A DNA stretch of 21,723 bases, taken from NCBI GenBank assembly GCA_016184305.1, contig JACPCX010000114.1, positions 1 to 21,723 on the forward strand. Reading direction: 5' to 3'. A model generated the notes under the pieces. It saw only the letters and a list, made by a program, of their open reading frames with translations, was not told the DNA's origin and did no database searches. The DNA is from Candidatus Rokuibacteriota bacterium (GTDB lineage Bacteria > Methylomirabilota > Methylomirabilia > Rokubacteriales > CSP1-6). Below are positions 7,431 to 17,634 of this stretch, one piece after another. The stretch's first letter is position 1; every line of letters starts with the position of its first letter. Position numbers and translations under genes: made by a program.

Positions 7431-7717
7431 GACCGGTCACCCCGAAGGACGTCGAGCCACGGGCCCGGGCCGACGTGGCGCCGCTCGTCCGGCATCGCGT
7501 CGAGAAGCGCCTCCAGGCGGTCGAGCGGCGCCGGACCGAACAGCCGTAGCGCGAGGCGGCGCTCCTCGTCACGCACGGCCTCGTAGGCCTCGCGGATGCG
7601 CCGGAATCCCTCCGGGTCGCGGTCGGGCGGCGAGCGCCGGACCGCCGCCAGATAGGCGGCACGCACGGTGTCGTCGTCCGCCATCTCCTCGATCCCGAGC
7701 ACCGCGAACGGGTTCAC
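7427..7717 (-). CDS. Minimal J-domain (DnaJ-like) protein with PPD in place of HPD
   Basis: MNPFAVLGI...VRAAYLAAVRRSPPDRDPEGFRRIREAYEAV is the J-domain helix I-III pattern; 96 aa; GTGA overlap with the upstream gene. Confidence 0.85.
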   Translation of the reverse strand: MNPFAVLGIEEMADDDTVRAAYLAAVRRSPPDRDPEGFRRIREAYEAVRDEERRLALRLFGPAPLDRLEALLDAMPDERRHVGPGPWLDVLRGDRS

Positions 7718-10161
7718 GGGTTCTTCTCCAGGAAGGCGAGGAAGTCGTCAAACAGGTCTCGCTGCGGCCATCGTGGCGCCCGCCGCCGCTTGCGCCGCGC
7801 CTTCTCGGCCGTGAAGGTGGGCACCTGCCGGTGCGCGCGCTCGGCCGTGACAAGCCGCGCGATTTCCACCGTCGTCAGTGGCTCCATGTCAGCGACCGGC
7901 ACGGGCGGGGCCCAGGGAGCGGTGTCGGGCGAGCGCGCGAGGGCGTCGATCCCGGACGAGGCCTCGCGCACGGCGTCCATGTCGCGCGCGCGGCCGGCCA
8001 GCTCGCGCGCGGCACGCAGGCAGAGCGCGGCACGGTCGCGATCGCGACGCGACGCGGCGGCCGAGAGCGCGCGGCCACGCGCGAGGAGAAAACGGTGGAG
8101 CAGGGGCCCATCGCCGGCGAGCCCCTCCCCGGAGGCGGCGTAGGTCAGGGCCGGCCGGCCCATGTGGAGCCCGCCGACGCACAGCGAGTGAAGATCGGCG
8201 GGAGCAGCGCCGCTGAGGTCACGTTCGACCCGGGCAAGCAGGGCCGGTGGCACGGCGAGGGGGCGATCCAGCGCGCGAAACAGGTCACCCGAGCGGGCCA
8301 GCGCCTGGACGGTCTCGGCCGGCGAGGCCGGATCGGGCGCGTCGGGCGGCGGCTCGAGCCCGAACGACTCGGCCACCGACGACAAGATCAACGCGAGCAT
8401 CGTGGGGTTCCCGAGCCGTGACGCCAGCTCCTCGTGCAGCCGCACGGCGGCGGCCCCGTCGCCGTTCCGGCGCGTCGCCACCGACCGGACCGCGCCGAGA
8501 TATGCCGAGGTGTCACCGCTCGTCGCGACCGGCTCCTTCTCCAGGCGGTCGAGATCAGCCAGGGCGAGCGCGAACCGGCCTTCCCGGATCCGTCGCTCCG
8601 CGCTGGCGAGGAGCAGCCGGAAGCGGCTCTGCCGCACCTCGGGGTGCACCCGGTTGATCGCCTCGGCGAGGTCGAGCAGGTCGAGCGCCTTCCGGTGGGC
8701 GCCGCGCCGCTCGGCCGCGCGCACCAGGTGCAGCAGCGGCTCCAGGTCCCGCGGGTGCGCCTGCCGCCACGCTTCGGCCAGGGCCTCCGCCTGCCGGGGG
8801 TCGCGCGTCTCCCAGTGCGCGACGAGCGCCTGAAACACGCGCGGATCGGGATCGGCCTGGCGCGCGCGTGCCAGGAGACGGCCGCGGTCGACCCACTCCG
8901 GAAGCTCGCCGTCCCGGACCAGCGCCTCGAGCTCCTCCTCGGAGTCGACCTCGAACGTGTCGAGCACTTCCGCGCGATCGGCCGGGAACAGCTCGGCCAT
9001 GTGCAGAAGGACGCGCGACGGCGCGCGCCCCGCCGCGAGCAGGGTGCCGGCGCGAATCGCGGCCATGAGGTAGGCGTCCCAGGAGATGAGCGCCTCCTCC
9101 CACGCCCCCGCGCGCTCCAGCGTGAGGGCGATCAGCCGCTGCGTTTCGCGCTGCCAGTCGAGGTTGCGCCGGTCCCGGCGCAATGCCTCGATCAGGGGCT
9201 TGAGATTCAGGTTCAGCCGATACCAGTGCTGGAGCACCGTGGCCGTGAAGATCCGCTTGACTGGCACAGGCTCGAAGTCGAACAAGGGCATGATGCGCTC
9301 GACGGCGGCGACCGCAGTCCGCGGATCCCTCGCCTCGAGCGCGCGGCCGAGGCGCAGCAGGTGCTGCCGGAGCAGGGTCCGCCCCCCGCTGACGGCCCTG
9401 ATCAAGGCACCGACTGCGGGCGATCGCTGATCCAGCGCCCCGGGCTCTCCGATCAGATGACGCAGCACGGGCACGAGCCGCGCCGGGGCGGCGTGCGGCG
9501 GAATCGCATCGAGATTGGCGAGCGCCACGCCGTCCGCGCGCCGGTAGTACGCGTCGAGCGCCCGGATCAGGAGCTTCCATGGCGCCAGCGGCGAGTGACG
9601 CGAGACCTGGTCCAGGGCGGCGAGGGCGCCGTCGGGCAAGGGGCCGCTCGTCACCGCGGCGAACAGGTCACACACCGCCCGCGCGGCGCGCCGCAGTGGC
9701 TCGTCGGCGGCCAGCGCGTCAGCGTCGGCAAGCAGGCGTGGGTCCCGGAGCTCCCGCGTCAGGATCGCTTCGATCTCCTGCCGGCGCGGCCGGGCGGCCG
9801 CCGCCAGCTCCGCCAGGAGCGGCCGGAGGTCGCCGGCGGCGATCGCCTTGCTCTGGCGCACGAGCGGCACGATGCGGTGGCGGTGTGCCGGGAACCGCTC
9901 GCCGACGAGCGCGGCCAGCGCCGTCGCCTCGTCGTACAGGCCCTGCGCGAGCATCTCGCCGATGCGCGCCTCGTAGGCGGCGATGACGAGCGCCTCGGCC
10001 TCGGTGCTCCGCGCCTCCTTGAAGAATTGCTTGGCGAGGTCGAGCGCCCCCCGCGTGTTGCCGGAGGCGATCAGGGATTCGACGCGAACCCGTGACTCCC
10101 CGGGACTCGTGAGGGGCTGGACCGGCCGGTGATGGGATGGGCGCTTGTCACGTTTGCTCAT
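7714..10161 (-). CDS. Large all-helical, TPR-like hypothetical protein (815 aa), first gene of the Hsp70 operon
   Basis: Long ORF of Ala/Leu/Arg-rich amphipathic helices (e.g. ALDLLDLAEAINRVHP, ALADLDRLE); AGGAG RBS before ATG 10161; stop overlaps the J-protein start. No recognisable catalytic motif. Confidence 0.8.
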   Translation of the reverse strand: MSKRDKRPSHHRPVQPLTSPGESRVRVESLIASGNTRGALDLAKQFFKEARSTEAEALVIAAYEARIGEMLAQGLYDEATALAALVGERFPAHRHRIVPLVRQSKAIAAGDLRPLLAELAAAARPRRQEIEAILTRELRDPRLLADADALAADEPLRRAARAVCDLFAAVTSGPLPDGALAALDQVSRHSPLAPWKLLIRALDAYYRRADGVALANLDAIPPHAAPARLVPVLRHLIGEPGALDQRSPAVGALIRAVSGGRTLLRQHLLRLGRALEARDPRTAVAAVERIMPLFDFEPVPVKRIFTATVLQHWYRLNLNLKPLIEALRRDRRNLDWQRETQRLIALTLERAGAWEEALISWDAYLMAAIRAGTLLAAGRAPSRVLLHMAELFPADRAEVLDTFEVDSEEELEALVRDGELPEWVDRGRLLARARQADPDPRVFQALVAHWETRDPRQAEALAEAWRQAHPRDLEPLLHLVRAAERRGAHRKALDLLDLAEAINRVHPEVRQSRFRLLLASAERRIREGRFALALADLDRLEKEPVATSGDTSAYLGAVRSVATRRNGDGAAAVRLHEELASRLGNPTMLALILSSVAESFGLEPPPDAPDPASPAETVQALARSGDLFRALDRPLAVPPALLARVERDLSGAAPADLHSLCVGGLHMGRPALTYAASGEGLAGDGPLLHRFLLARGRALSAAASRRDRDRAALCLRAARELAGRARDMDAVREASSGIDALARSPDTAPWAPPVPVADMEPLTTVEIARLVTAERAHRQVPTFTAEKARRKRRRAPRWPQRDLFDDFLAFLEKNP

Positions 10162-10234
10162 GCCGCGCTCCTGGCTCCTGCGCCGGCCGGCCTCGGGATC
10201 CGATTCCCCCGCGCCCGGCGTCGGGAATCCCCGC

Positions 10235-10264
10235 ATTATGGGGTCGAAGGCGCCACCTTGTCTA
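10235..10264 (-). promoter_or_regulatory. Candidate sigma70-type promoter of the Hsp70 operon
   Basis: Minus strand TAGACA (10264-10259), 18 nt, CATAAT (10240-10235), followed by a GATTCCC...GGGAATC inverted repeat (10202-10229) in the leader. Confidence 0.5.
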
Positions 10265-10365
10265 CCGAGGGAACATTCCCCCGCGAGCGCGAGTGGCGGC
10301 GATCGTCTCCGAAGCCCGTGTGGGATCGTGGCCGAGGAGGCGACGCCGCCCCTCGCGCTTCAGGG

Positions 10366-10719
10366 CTACGGCAGGCGCTCGTAGAGGACGTGCCGGCGGT
10401 TCTTCGTGTACGGCCTCACCTGCCCCGGCCAGCGCCCGCGGTCCACGGCTGCCGCCCAGGCCTCGCTCGTGAGCACTGCGGGGCTCTCGAGCTCGTAGAG
10501 CGCGTTGTAGCGCGGCTCGTTCTCGATGACGATGGTCTTGCGCTCCCCGCCGATCACCATGGTCAGCTCCCGCGTCTTGAAGCGCGCCACCGAGATGACG
10601 CCGGGCACCGTGACGAGCAGGGGCACGTGCTCGGTGTCGTACACCTCGTTGAAGAGCGCCTCCTGGGCGGGCTCGACGTCCATGGCGGCGCTGAAGAGAT
10701 AGCGACCTTGTATCGGCAT
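10366..10719 (-). CDS. Small dimeric alpha/beta-barrel (EthD/DUF4286-like) hypothetical protein
   Basis: MDVEP..EALFNEVYDTEHVPLLVTVPGVISVARF...PRYNALYELES pattern; AGGAGGAG RBS. Confidence 0.7.
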   Translation of the reverse strand: MPIQGRYLFSAAMDVEPAQEALFNEVYDTEHVPLLVTVPGVISVARFKTRELTMVIGGERKTIVIENEPRYNALYELESPAVLTSEAWAAAVDRGRWPGQVRPYTKNRRHVLYERLP

Positions 10720-10747
10720 GGGGCTCCTCCTGTTGGGGTTCGGACGC

Positions 10748-11533
10748 CTACGGGCCGCTCGCCCCGGACGGCGGATAGAAGCGCGCCTCGCGCTTCTCGT
10801 CCCAGGCCCGGTTGGCCTCGCGGATCTCCCACGAGGCCATGCAGTCGTTCTGAGCCCGGATCACCGCCTCGATCAGGGCGCGCGGATCGGCGTGGAATGA
10901 CTCGTGGAGGAGCCGCTTGGCATGGCCCGTGGCCGTGCGGGAGGCGTGGAAGGCCTTCTCGACGATGGCGGCCAGCTCGGCGTCCAGGCGCTCGGCCGGG
11001 ACGACCCAGTTGACGAGCCCGATGGCGCGCGCCTCCTCCGCGGCGATGTGGTCGTTCAGCAGCGTCAGCTCCTTGGCCCGCCCGAGCCCGATGAGGCGGG
11101 CGAGCCGCAGGATCGAGCCGTCCGGGATCAGCCCGTGCCGCGTCGCCCCCAGCCCCAGCACGGTGTCCGTCGCCGCAAGGCGCACGTCACAGGCCACGGC
11201 CAGCTGCAGCCCGCCCCCGATGGTGTAGCCGTGCAGTACGCCGATCACCAGCTTGTCCATGTCCTCCAGCGCGTTCAGCGCCCGGACCCAGTGGCGGACG
11301 AAGGGCTCGGCGATCTGGCCCGCGGACAGCGCCGTGCGGTCCATGCCGGAGCAGAAGGCCCGCCCGGCCCCGCGCACCACCACCACCCAGACGTCGCGGT
11401 CGCGGGCGGCGGCCTCGGCGGCGTCGGCCAGCTCGGCCGCCAGCCCCGTGTGCAGCGCGTTGAGCACCTCCGGGCGGCTGAGCACGATGGTGCCCACGCC
11501 GTCCTTCACCCCGTAGAGAACGTTCCCGCTCAC
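10748..11533 (-). CDS. Enoyl-CoA hydratase/isomerase (crotonase) family protein
   Basis: LSRPEVLNAL, GRAFCSGMD, TIGGG, GLIPDG, AKELTL, GLVNWVV. Confidence 0.88.
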   Translation of the reverse strand: MSGNVLYGVKDGVGTIVLSRPEVLNALHTGLAAELADAAEAAARDRDVWVVVVRGAGRAFCSGMDRTALSAGQIAEPFVRHWVRALNALEDMDKLVIGVLHGYTIGGGLQLAVACDVRLAATDTVLGLGATRHGLIPDGSILRLARLIGLGRAKELTLLNDHIAAEEARAIGLVNWVVPAERLDAELAAIVEKAFHASRTATGHAKRLLHESFHADPRALIEAVIRAQNDCMASWEIREANRAWDEKREARFYPPSGASGP

Positions 11534-11552
11534 CGGACCGTATCCCCTGCGC

Positions 11553-12695
11553 CTAGACGCCCAGGATCTCGCGCGCGATCACCATCCGCTGCACCTCGGA
11601 GGTCCCCTCGCCGATCTCGGTGAGCTTGGCATCGCGGAAGATCCGCTCGATGGGAAACTCGGTGATGTAGCCGGCCCCACCGTGGATCTGGAGGGACTTG
11701 GTGGCGGCCCGCATGGCGACCTCGGACGCGAAGACCTTGGCCATGGAGGCGGCGAGCTTGGCGGGCTTCCCCGCGTCCTTGAGAAGCGCCGCGCGGAGCG
11801 TGAGCAGCCGCGCCGCCTCGATCTCCGTGCCCATGTCGGCCACCATGCCCTGCAGCCCGTTGAACTCCGCCAGTGTCTTGCCGAAGGCGCTGCGCTGCTT
11901 CATGTAGCGGAGCGCCTGGTCGAGCGCGCCCTGGGCGATTCCGACCGCCATCGCCGCCATGGCGATGCGGCCGCCCTCCAGCACCTGCATGCAGTTGACG
12001 AAACCCTGATGGAGCGTGCCGCACAGCTGGCGCTCGGGCACCCGCACGTTGTCGAGGATCAGCTCGGCCGTGTTGGAAGCGTGCAGCCCGAGCTTCTTGT
12101 AGGGGGTCCCCGCGCCGAAGCCCGGCGTCCCCTTCTCGAGGATGAAGGCCGAGATGCCCTTGTTGCCCCGCGCCGTATCGGTCACCGCCATCACCACGGC
12201 GATCCGGCCCACGCTCGCGTTGGTGATGAAGGCCTTGGTGCCGGTGAGGACGAAGTGATCGCCCTCGCGGACGGCGCGGGTCTTCATGGCGGCGGCATCC
12301 GACCCCGACCCGGGCTCCGTCAGACCCCACGCTCCCAGCGACCCGCCGCGGGCGAGCTCGGGGAGGTACTGCGCCTTCTGCTCCCTCGATCCGAAGAGGG
12401 CGATGTGGTTGGCGCAGAGCGAGTTGTGGGCCCACATGGTGATCCCGACGGAGGCATCCACGCGGTTCAGCTCCTCGACGGCCAGCGCGTAGGAGACGTA
12501 GTCGAGCGCCGCCCCCCCGTACTCCTCGGGCACGAGGGCGCCCAGGAGCCCCGTCGTCCCCAGCTTCCGGAGGATCTCGTGGGGGAACTCCTGCCGCTCG
12601 TCGAACTCCCGGATCACCGGCGCGACTTCCCCCTCGGCGAAGTCCCGCGCCATGGCGCGGATCTCCTTCTGCTCCGGTGTCAGCTCGAAGTCCAT
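11553..12695 (-). CDS. Acyl-CoA dehydrogenase (short/branched-chain type)
   Basis: [43 protein letters not shown], catalytic Glu in IGEGTSEVQ. Confidence 0.95.
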   Translation of the reverse strand: MDFELTPEQKEIRAMARDFAEGEVAPVIREFDERQEFPHEILRKLGTTGLLGALVPEEYGGAALDYVSYALAVEELNRVDASVGITMWAHNSLCANHIALFGSREQKAQYLPELARGGSLGAWGLTEPGSGSDAAAMKTRAVREGDHFVLTGTKAFITNASVGRIAVVMAVTDTARGNKGISAFILEKGTPGFGAGTPYKKLGLHASNTAELILDNVRVPERQLCGTLHQGFVNCMQVLEGGRIAMAAMAVGIAQGALDQALRYMKQRSAFGKTLAEFNGLQGMVADMGTEIEAARLLTLRAALLKDAGKPAKLAASMAKVFASEVAMRAATKSLQIHGGAGYITEFPIERIFRDAKLTEIGEGTSEVQRMVIAREILGV

Positions 12696-12743
12696 CTCAC
12701 CCTGCCATGCCTGGCCCCCCGCTCTCGCCCTGACGACGGGCGC

Positions 12744-13148
12744 CTAGACCGACGCCCGGATATTGTCCCGGACGAAGCGGATGATGTCCTGCGTCGAGGT
12801 GCCCGGCGTGAACAGCTCCTTGACGCCCAGGGCTTTGAGCGCCTGGACGTCCTCCTGGGGGATGATCCCGCCACCGAAGACCGCGATGTCGCCAGCCCCC
12901 TTCTCGCGCAGGAGCTCGAGCACCCTGGTGAAGAGGAAGTTATGGGCGCCCGAGAGCACGCTGAGCCCGACGGCGTCCACGTCCTCCTGGACCGCCGTGG
13001 CCGCGATCTGCTCGGGCGTCTGGTGGAGCCCCGTGTAGATCACCTCGAACCCCGCATCCCGGAGCGCGCGCGCGACGATCTTCGCCCCGCGGTCGTGCCC
13101 GTCGAGCCCCGGCTTCGCCACCAGCACCCGTACCTTGCGCTCGGTCAT
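12744..13148 (-). CDS. Cobalamin-binding small subunit of an acyl-CoA mutase (IcmB / MCM C-terminal domain type)
   Basis: [10 protein letters not shown] (DxHxxG), SVL and GGG B12-binding motifs; FTPGT. Confidence 0.95.
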   Translation of the reverse strand: MTERKVRVLVAKPGLDGHDRGAKIVARALRDAGFEVIYTGLHQTPEQIAATAVQEDVDAVGLSVLSGAHNFLFTRVLELLREKGAGDIAVFGGGIIPQEDVQALKALGVKELFTPGTSTQDIIRFVRDNIRASV

Positions 13149-13160
13149 GCGTCCTCCGCG

Positions 13161-13571
13161 CTACTTGAGCAGGCCCCGGAGCCGCTCGCCGACCTTCATG
13201 ATCTGGTCCCGGTTGCCGGGCGTGGGCGTCCAGTCGAAGCCCTTGCCGTCGCCGTTCCATCGGGGGATCAGGTGCATATGAAAATGGGGCACCGACTGAA
13301 AGGCCGCCGGCCCGTTGGCCTGCAGCAGGTTGAGTCCGTCCGGCTTGAGAACCTGCTGGATGGCCAGGGCGACCTTCCTCGCGGCGGCGATGGCCGCCTG
13401 GAGGTCCTCCACCTCGGCCTCGAAGAGGCTCGGCGCATGGGCCTTGGTCACGACCAGACAGTGACCGGAATTGACCGGGTTGATGTCCATGATCGTCAGC
13501 GTGCGGCCGTCCTCGAAGATCTTCATCGAGGGAATCTGCCCGTCGCGGATCCTGCAGAAGACGCAGTCCAT
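13161..13571 (-). CDS. HIT (histidine triad) family nucleotide hydrolase, Hint-like
   Basis: N-terminal CVFC, DINP..GH and VPHFHMHLIPR (HxHxH). Confidence 0.93.
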   Translation of the reverse strand: MDCVFCRIRDGQIPSMKIFEDGRTLTIMDINPVNSGHCLVVTKAHAPSLFEAEVEDLQAAIAAARKVALAIQQVLKPDGLNLLQANGPAAFQSVPHFHMHLIPRWNGDGKGFDWTPTPGNRDQIMKVGERLRGLLK

Positions 13572-13577
13572 GGCCCC

Positions 13578-14645
13578 CTAGACCTCGAGGGTCCAGCCGT
13601 GGGGATCGGGCGCCTGCCCGTACTGGATCCCCACGATGGCGTCGTAGAGCCGCTGGGTCAGCGGGCCGATCTTGCGGCCGTTGATGACCAACTCCTCGCC
13701 CTTGTAGGCAAGCTCGCCCACGGGTGAGATGACGGCCGCCGTTCCGGTGCCCCACACCTCGGCCAGCGTCCCCGCGCGGTGGGCGGCCATGACCTCGTCG
13801 ATCCCCACCTGGCGCTCGCTCGCCCGAAGCCCCCAGTCGCGCAGCAGCGTCAGGACCGAGTCCCGCGTGACGCCGGGGAGGACCGTCCCCGTGAGCGGCG
13901 GCGTGATCACCTCGTCGCCGATCTTCACCATGATGTTCATGGTGCCGACCTCGTCGATGTACCGCCGGTGCACACCGTCCAGCCACAGCACCTGGGTGAA
14001 GCCCTGGTGCTTCGCGTCCTCCCCGGCCATGAGGCTCGCGGCGTAATTGGCGCCCGTCTTGGCCCCGCCCAGACCGCCCTCGACCGCCCGCACGTAGCGC
14101 TCCTCGACCCGGATCTTGACCGGCGCCATGCCCTCCGGATAGTACGCGCCCACCGGGGAGAGGATCACGAAGTAGATGTAGGACCTGGCGGGGCGGACGC
14201 CGAGGAAGGCTTCGCTCGCGATGATGGTGGGGCGGATGTAGAGCGACGTGCCGAGCATGCGCGGCACCCACTCCCCGTCGGTCCGGACCACCGTCACGAT
14301 GGACTGAAGCGCCAGCTCGGGATCGAGCGGAGGGATGCACATGCGCCGGGCCGAGTTGTTCAGGCGCTCCACGTGCTTCTGCGGCCGGAACAGCCGGAGC
14401 TTGCCGTCCACGCCGCGGAAGGCCTTGAGCCCGTCGAACACCGCCTGGGCGTAATGGAGGACGGCCGCCGCCGGATCCAGGGGGATCGGCGCGTAGGGCT
14501 CGACCCGCGGGTCGTACCAGCCCTTCTCTTCCTGGAAGTTGGCGACAAACATGTGGTCGGTGAAGATGATTCCAAAGCCGAGATCCGAGTCCTTCGGCTT
14601 CTTCTTGAGCGTCGGCGCCTTCGTGATCCGGATAGGCTCAGACAT
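13578..14645 (-). CDS. ilvE: Branched-chain amino acid aminotransferase (PLP fold IV)
   Basis: FTDHM, LHYAQAVFDGLKAF, LYIRP, AKTGANY (PLP Lys), EVGTMN, LPGVTR, GTAAVISPVG. Confidence 0.95.
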   Translation of the reverse strand: MSEPIRITKAPTLKKKPKDSDLGFGIIFTDHMFVANFQEEKGWYDPRVEPYAPIPLDPAAAVLHYAQAVFDGLKAFRGVDGKLRLFRPQKHVERLNNSARRMCIPPLDPELALQSIVTVVRTDGEWVPRMLGTSLYIRPTIIASEAFLGVRPARSYIYFVILSPVGAYYPEGMAPVKIRVEERYVRAVEGGLGGAKTGANYAASLMAGEDAKHQGFTQVLWLDGVHRRYIDEVGTMNIMVKIGDEVITPPLTGTVLPGVTRDSVLTLLRDWGLRASERQVGIDEVMAAHRAGTLAEVWGTGTAAVISPVGELAYKGEELVINGRKIGPLTQRLYDAIVGIQYGQAPDPHGWTLEV

Positions 14646-14673
14646 CCTCAGGGTCTCCTTGTGATCGTCCCGC

Positions 14674-16341
<1,668 letters not shown>

Positions 16342-16354
16342 ACGCTCCCCTCGC

Positions 16355-17512
16355 TCAGTGGACCGCCGTCGGGCCGGCCAGCAGGTGACGGGCGATCACC
16401 AGCTTCTGGATCTGCGAGGTCCCCTCGTAGATCTGGGTGATCTTCGCGTCCCGGAAGTAGCGCTCCACCTGGTAGTCCCTGATGTAGCCGTAGCCGCCAT
16501 GGACCTGGATGGCGTCCGTGGTCACGCGCATGGCGGCCTCGGAGGCGAAGAGCTTCGCCATGGCCGCCTCGGTGCCGAACGGCGCGCCCGCGTCCTTGAG
16601 TGCGGCGGCGCGCCAGATGAGCAGGCGGGCCGCGTCGATGGCGGTGGCCATGTCGGCCAGCATCCACTGCACCATCTGGTGCTGGCCGATCGGCACGCCG
16701 AAGCTCTTCCGCTCTCGGGCGTAGGCCAGCGACAGCGTGTAGGCGCCGGCGGCGATGCCGAGGGCCTGGGCGGCGATCCCGATGCGCCCGCCGTCGAGCG
16801 TGGCCATGGCGATCGTGAAGCCCTCCCCCTCCTCGCCGAGGCGGTTGGCGACGGGCACGGGGCAGTCGTCGAACACGAGCTCGGCGGTGTCCGAGGCGCG
16901 GATGCCGAGCTTGTCCTCGACCTTCGCCACGAGGAACCCCCGGGTCCCCTTCTCGACCAGGAAGGCGCTGATCCCGTGGTGGGCCTTGGCCCGATCCGTC
17001 TGGGCGAAGACCAGCGCGACGTCAGCCTCGCGGCCGTTGGTGACGAAGATCTTGCGACCGGTTACCCGGTAGACGTCGCCGTCGCGGACGGCCAGCACGT
17101 TCTGGTTCCTCGCGTCGGAGCCGGCCTCGGGCTCGGTGAGGGAGAAACAGCCAAGCTTCTGACCCATTGCTGCCGGGGCGAGAAAGCGCCGCTTCTGCTC
17201 CTCCGTGCCGAACTTGTAGACGGGGTCGCAGTACAGCGAGTTGTTGACCGACATGATGACGGCGTGGGACGCGCAGGCCCTGGCGACCTCCTCGAGTGCC
17301 AGCGCATAGGCCACGGTGTCGCCACCGCTGCCGCCGTACGCCTCGGGGATGGCGATGCCCATCAGCCCGAGCGTGCCCATCCGCCGCACCGTCTCGTGCG
17401 GGAAGCGGGCCTCGCGATCGATGATCTCGGCGATGGGACGCACCTCTTTCTCCGCGAACTCGCGCGCCACCGCCTGGATCATCCGCTGCTCGTCGCTCAG
17501 CTCGATGTTCAT
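16355..17512 (-). CDS. Acyl-CoA dehydrogenase (butyryl-CoA/short-chain type)
   Basis: [55 protein letters not shown] 17512 follows AGGTGA; GTG 17521 is an alternative start. Confidence 0.95.
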   Translation of the reverse strand: MNIELSDEQRMIQAVAREFAEKEVRPIAEIIDREARFPHETVRRMGTLGLMGIAIPEAYGGSGGDTVAYALALEEVARACASHAVIMSVNNSLYCDPVYKFGTEEQKRRFLAPAAMGQKLGCFSLTEPEAGSDARNQNVLAVRDGDVYRVTGRKIFVTNGREADVALVFAQTDRAKAHHGISAFLVEKGTRGFLVAKVEDKLGIRASDTAELVFDDCPVPVANRLGEEGEGFTIAMATLDGGRIGIAAQALGIAAGAYTLSLAYARERKSFGVPIGQHQMVQWMLADMATAIDAARLLIWRAAALKDAGAPFGTEAAMAKLFASEAAMRVTTDAIQVHGGYGYIRDYQVERYFRDAKITQIYEGTSQIQKLVIARHLLAGPTAVH

Positions 17513-17611
17513 GTCTTTCACCTGGGGCGGACGCCCGGGCTGTCGCCCGCCCGCCCCCGCCGGATCCTCGGGTCCCGCTCATGCACCCACGCGGCGTCAG
17601 CCGCCGTCAGC

Positions 17612-17632
17612 CCGGGCGGACAACCCGCCCGG
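17612..17632 (-). other. GC-rich stem-loop directly after the etfA stop
   Basis: CCGGGCGG-acaac-CCGCCCGG, 8-bp stem with no U-tract, so more likely an mRNA stability or pause hairpin than an intrinsic terminator. Confidence 0.4.
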
Positions 17633-17634
17633 TG

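Noticed and set aside
4568..7717. Ordinary housekeeping dnaK-dnaJ-grpE operon
   Set aside because: The J protein is 96 aa without HPD, there is no hrcA or CIRCE, the substrate-binding domain and lid are divergent, and unrelated genes flank it.
10235..10264. Sigma32 heat-shock promoter (CCCCATAA) for the Hsp70 operon
   Set aside because: No CTTGAA-like -35 at the right spacing; a sigma70-type reading fits as well.
3135..10365. Bounded mobile element (prophage, ICE or transposon) carrying the Hsp70 operon
   Set aside because: No integrase, transposase, tRNA or att-like direct repeats found by eye, and base composition looks like the flanks.
11682..13727. Long plus-strand ORFs (e.g. 11682-13727, 5060-6529, 8434-10095, 14878-16440, 16208-17710)
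   Set aside because: Antisense shadows of well-supported minus-strand genes, expected in high-GC DNA; no family motifs.
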